Assembly (NCBI GenBank): GCA_965207445.1
Contig: CBDBLX010000001.1
Span: 32,001-96,000 of the forward strand
Length of the DNA: 64,000 nucleotides
Source: Nitrosopumilus sp.
GTDB lineage: Archaea > Thermoproteota > Nitrososphaeria > Nitrososphaerales > Nitrosopumilaceae
Reading direction: 5' to 3'
In this document: positions 60,755 to 64,000 of the stretch, one piece after another
Numbering within the stretch: the first letter of the stretch is position 1
How the letters are laid out: every line of letters begins with the position of its first letter
Translations under genes and position numbers: made by a program
Notes under the pieces: generated by a model
What the model was told of the DNA's origin: nothing
What the model saw: the letters and a program-made list of their open reading frames with translations, nothing else
Database searches by the model: none

Positions 60755-62743
60755 TTATTCGTCTCTTTTTTGTGTTTGTTGCTTGTACCCTATATCTTTG
60801 ATCTGACTCTTTCCAGATGGCAACACTCTAACAAAGTCATCAAGATGGATTATCTTTGTTATGGTCTCATTTACATTTAGAAATTCTGTTCTAATTCGCT
60901 TGGCGGCCTCTGCTAGATCAAAGCCGTGTGGTTCGATAATCGCATATATCACACAATGAGATATGATGGGTTCTGGGGGCCCACATATCAATATATAATC
61001 ATCATTATGTTTGATAATTCCAACTGCCAATCGCAACGTTTGAGCACGAATCAAGTTGCGTTGCCCCTGTATAGTAAATGATCCTTTTGGAAGAAATTGG
61101 CCTGTTGGTGCAGATTTTTTTACTTGGTCAGGATGCACCCAAAATGCACTCATGCCATACATTCCCTCTTTCCATGCCCTGCTAAAGCATACAGTTGCAT
61201 GTGCGACCTCATTCATGCTTACATCAGAAGGCGATACGGCATCTTTGAGTATGAAAAATGGCGATCCATGAACCTCTGCATGAAACACACGGTCATCTTT
61301 TGACATCTGCTTTCTGATAACAGCAGAGTTTGATGCAGCATCACGTCCGCCTACTGCAAGAGAGCCATCAGATGTCAAGAACCATCTATACCTTTCAAAC
61401 CAACTCTTTTTGCGTATCTCAGAGGCTAGTTCATCGGCTTTGCTACGATCAGATTCGGCAGTGTTTTGTAGTTTGGCAAGTTTGCGTTGTGCCTCTTGCA
61501 TCGATTTTTGTATGGCAGGTGCCGCTTTTGCCTGATGCTTTGCCTCATCAAACAGTTTGGATGCTACTGATTGTAGTGAGGTTTCCATGTTTACGTTTAT
61601 TTTTTTATTATCAGATATTAAGATTAGATGCGCACCCTTTTCTTGAATTATGCGAGCGTTGCACTGTTCTAATGCAGGGGTTATTTGCGCATCTGACATT
61701 GACAGTACACCTTGAGACGCAAGGCTCATCAGTGATCGCGCCAATGCACTGATAGACTCTGATCGGTCCATTACAAGACGTATGGCTTTTTCCTGCTCGA
61801 TAATCTTTGTCTGTAGATCTTTTATTCTAGTTGCAGAGTGTGATGTTTTGACATCTCTTGCCTTTCCAATTAATGATTCTGTGAATATTTTATCTAGTCC
61901 TGCCATAAAGGTCGACACAGACACTATTTTTTTACTAGATTCAGAGTCAGATGTATCTGGAATTATATCTTTGATTGGAATGGCCTCTGATTTGTCACCA
62001 TCATATATTATGGCAGGTCTATGATTGCCATTTATGATATCAGAGACTAGTCTTTGAATAGTAGAAAATATTGTATTTACTTGTTCTGTGTTTAGTTGTT
62101 GTCCGATAGTTCCAGATTTGATATTTGATATGTACAGTATGCCTTCTGCATATTTTTTTGGCAAGCCTAGTGAGCGGCCAATCCATCTTGCAACTGCCAT
62201 GTCGGTGTCTTGTAATTTGTTAAAATGATGCGCAGAGAGATTTAAAATATCAATTGTATTTTCTGCATCATTACCAGAGATGGCGGGAGGTGGCATATAC
62301 ACAGATCCAACATTTAATGTTCTGTGTCTGACGTTTACTGAACGCATCAGTGCAAGTATCTTCATATTTTGCTCATCACATAAGATTACATTACCATCAC
62401 CGAATAATTCTACTACCAAGACGTAATGATTATCGAACCCTTCAAACGTAAGATAGACAATACGCTCAGCACCTATCTGTTTAATACTCTCTAGTCTCAT
62501 GCGCAAAAGGTTGCTTCGCAGACGCCGCTGCATCTTGTTTTCTTCTATCTGGCTTAGTTTAGTTGATGTTAACCATATGCCAAACACAGAGATCATTAAA
62601 AACAAGTCGTCTTTGGTGGTGTGATGTAGCTTGAAGAGTATGCTGTCGCGTGTGATGCCATAGATGTTATTGACATAATAGCCGTCTAGTTGATCAGAGA
62701 TATGATCTACAATAAAACGAAGTTCTATTCCAGCAAGGGCCAT
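60755..62743 (-). CDS. rqcH: NEMF/Rqc2 (NFACT) ribosome quality-control protein
   Basis: ELFGDGNVIL, WFERYRWF, GGRDA..N, FHAE.HGSP, QVKKSAP.G..L.KGSF. Confidence 0.9.
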   Translation of the reverse strand: MALAGIELRFIVDHISDQLDGYYVNNIYGITRDSILFKLHHTTKDDLFLMISVFGIWLTSTKLSQIEENKMQRRLRSNLLRMRLESIKQIGAERIVYLTFEGFDNHYVLVVELFGDGNVILCDEQNMKILALMRSVNVRHRTLNVGSVYMPPPAISGNDAENTIDILNLSAHHFNKLQDTDMAVARWIGRSLGLPKKYAEGILYISNIKSGTIGQQLNTEQVNTIFSTIQRLVSDIINGNHRPAIIYDGDKSEAIPIKDIIPDTSDSESSKKIVSVSTFMAGLDKIFTESLIGKARDVKTSHSATRIKDLQTKIIEQEKAIRLVMDRSESISALARSLMSLASQGVLSMSDAQITPALEQCNARIIQEKGAHLILISDNKKINVNMETSLQSVASKLFDEAKHQAKAAPAIQKSMQEAQRKLAKLQNTAESDRSKADELASEIRKKSWFERYRWFLTSDGSLAVGGRDAASNSAVIRKQMSKDDRVFHAEVHGSPFFILKDAVSPSDVSMNEVAHATVCFSRAWKEGMYGMSAFWVHPDQVKKSAPTGQFLPKGSFTIQGQRNLIRAQTLRLAVGIIKHNDDYILICGPPEPIISHCVIYAIIEPHGFDLAEAAKRIRTEFLNVNETITKIIHLDDFVRVLPSGKSQIKDIGYKQQTQKRDE

Positions 62744-63049
62744 TATAATATTCGTAATATACGTAAATTAAACTCCTTGCCAATTATGATTATCTGCTAG
62801 ACTGTCAGTCTAGTTACAAACACGTCTCCAAACAAGTCTGATATTTGTTATATTTGCATAATAAAATTAAAAGTTTGAAACGAGTTTGCAGAGATGACAA
62901 GTACTCAGTCTAATCCCAAAAACATGTCACAGCATATTTGGTCCAATTTTGGTATCACGTGTGATATTACGATCAGATGTAGATGATTAAAAATAGTTAA
63001 ACAACACAAAAGGTATTAAACAAGGCATAGGGAATACACGCTAGATTAC

Positions 63050-63547
63050 TTGGCAAAATTCAAAAAGAGAAAATCAAATCCGACGGTAACAAAAGACGGC
63101 AAAACCACAAAACAAGACACGTCTGATATACCACCTACTGAACATGTAGATGATGAACGGCCAACAGTAAGGCCACCACCAGGGCCTCCACCACCACCCA
63201 TTGATCCACCATTCTCAGAGGCAGAAAGGAGTGAAAAAGACCGCAAGCTCAACCAACTGTTCTGGTTGCGCATAATAGTTTCAGTTTCAGCAGGAATAGC
63301 TGCCACATTTGTCTTTGAGGGTATTGAGGGAGAAGAGCGGAGATGGGCATCTATTGCATTTATGATTATACTGTTTATTGCCACGATTATAGTAGCAAAG
63401 AGCATGAAGATGCAGCTGCCATCATCTGATAGAAAAAAGATCGTCACACAAGCACTTGGCAGCTACGTATTTTTGTATTTGTTCACTTGGATTGTATCAT
63501 ATACTCTAGTGAACCTGGAGAATGTACAAAATGGAATCAATCTCTAA
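63050..63547 (+). CDS. Hypothetical 3-TM membrane protein with a proline-rich N-terminus (possibly EMC6-like)
   Basis: Three TM segments; C-terminal LGSYVFLYLFTWIVSYTL pattern. Confidence 0.6.
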   Translation: MAKFKKRKSNPTVTKDGKTTKQDTSDIPPTEHVDDERPTVRPPPGPPPPPIDPPFSEAERSEKDRKLNQLFWLRIIVSVSAGIAATFVFEGIEGEERRWASIAFMIILFIATIIVAKSMKMQLPSSDRKKIVTQALGSYVFLYLFTWIVSYTLVNLENVQNGINL

Positions 63548-64000
63548 AAAGATTCCAAAAGAGGCAATAGGGAATCACACTTACTGGGGTTCGATGTCAC
63601 CTGGCATTCCTGATGAGTACTTTGAGAGGACAGAAAATGTTCCCATCACAAAACAAGAGATACGTAGTATAATCATCAACAGAGCAAGACTCCATTCGGG
63701 TAATTGCATATTGGAGGTAGGAAGTGGTTCGGGTTCTGTCACAGTCGAGGTTGCAATTCAACTAGGCCCAAAAGGAATCGTCACAACAATTGATCATGAT
63801 GAAAATGCAGTTAAACTTACAAAAAAGAACCTAGTAAGATTTGGATTTGATTACATGACAAAAATAGTACATGGTGATGCAGTAGATGTAATAACAAAAA
63901 AAGAAGAAGAAGATGAACCAGTAACAAAGTACCAAGCAGTAATTATTGGTGGGACGGGAGGAGACACTGCAAATATCATAAAGGCGTGCTCTGATCAATT
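63531..64000 (+). CDS. cbiT: Cobalt-precorrin-6B C15-methyltransferase, runs off the window end
   Basis: My translation PGIPDEYFERTENVPITKQEIR...LEVGSGSGSVTVE; alternative start at 63594. Confidence 0.9.
   Translation, partial: MESISKKIPKEAIGNHTYWGSMSPGIPDEYFERTENVPITKQEIRSIIINRARLHSGNCILEVGSGSGSVTVEVAIQLGPKGIVTTIDHDENAVKLTKKNLVRFGFDYMTKIVHGDAVDVITKKEEEDEPVTKYQAVIIGGTGGDTANIIKACSDQ

Overview
Archaeal chromosome segment, most likely from an ammonia-oxidising thaumarchaeote (Nitrosopumilaceae-like). The gene set supports this: NurA, PriS/PriL, aIF2 alpha/gamma, S6e, Nop10, Lsm, Lhr, bacterial-type MetK, grpE-dnaK-dnaJ, the anaerobic cobalamin genes cbiD/G/X/C/A, cobO and cbiT, and a DUR3-like transporter. 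Many IS elements, pseudogenes and microsatellite-type insertions inside conserved proteins suggest a host-associated lineage (inference). Two tRNAs are present (Gln-TTG, Gly-CCC). The most notable accessory content is as follows. (1) Two divergent DUF3800-type loci, each followed by a convergent, TATA-driven, two-hairpin candidate small RNA. One locus is full-length (2.6-3.5 kb). The other is 5'-truncated and amplified four times inside a 3.3-kb non-autonomous element bounded by 19-bp terminal inverted repeats and a target-site duplication (14337-17669). (2) A 5.1-kb IS66-derived composite element (29237-34346, 9-bp TSD) carrying a secreted protein plus a small membrane protein, with a nested IS5-like element. 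(3) An intact IS66-like element that splits a ~145-nt structured element. (4) 81-bp IS66-type MITEs. (5) A decayed type I R-M locus with an embedded HEPN/MNT pair. All calls are from reading motifs by eye; no database searches or folding programs were run.
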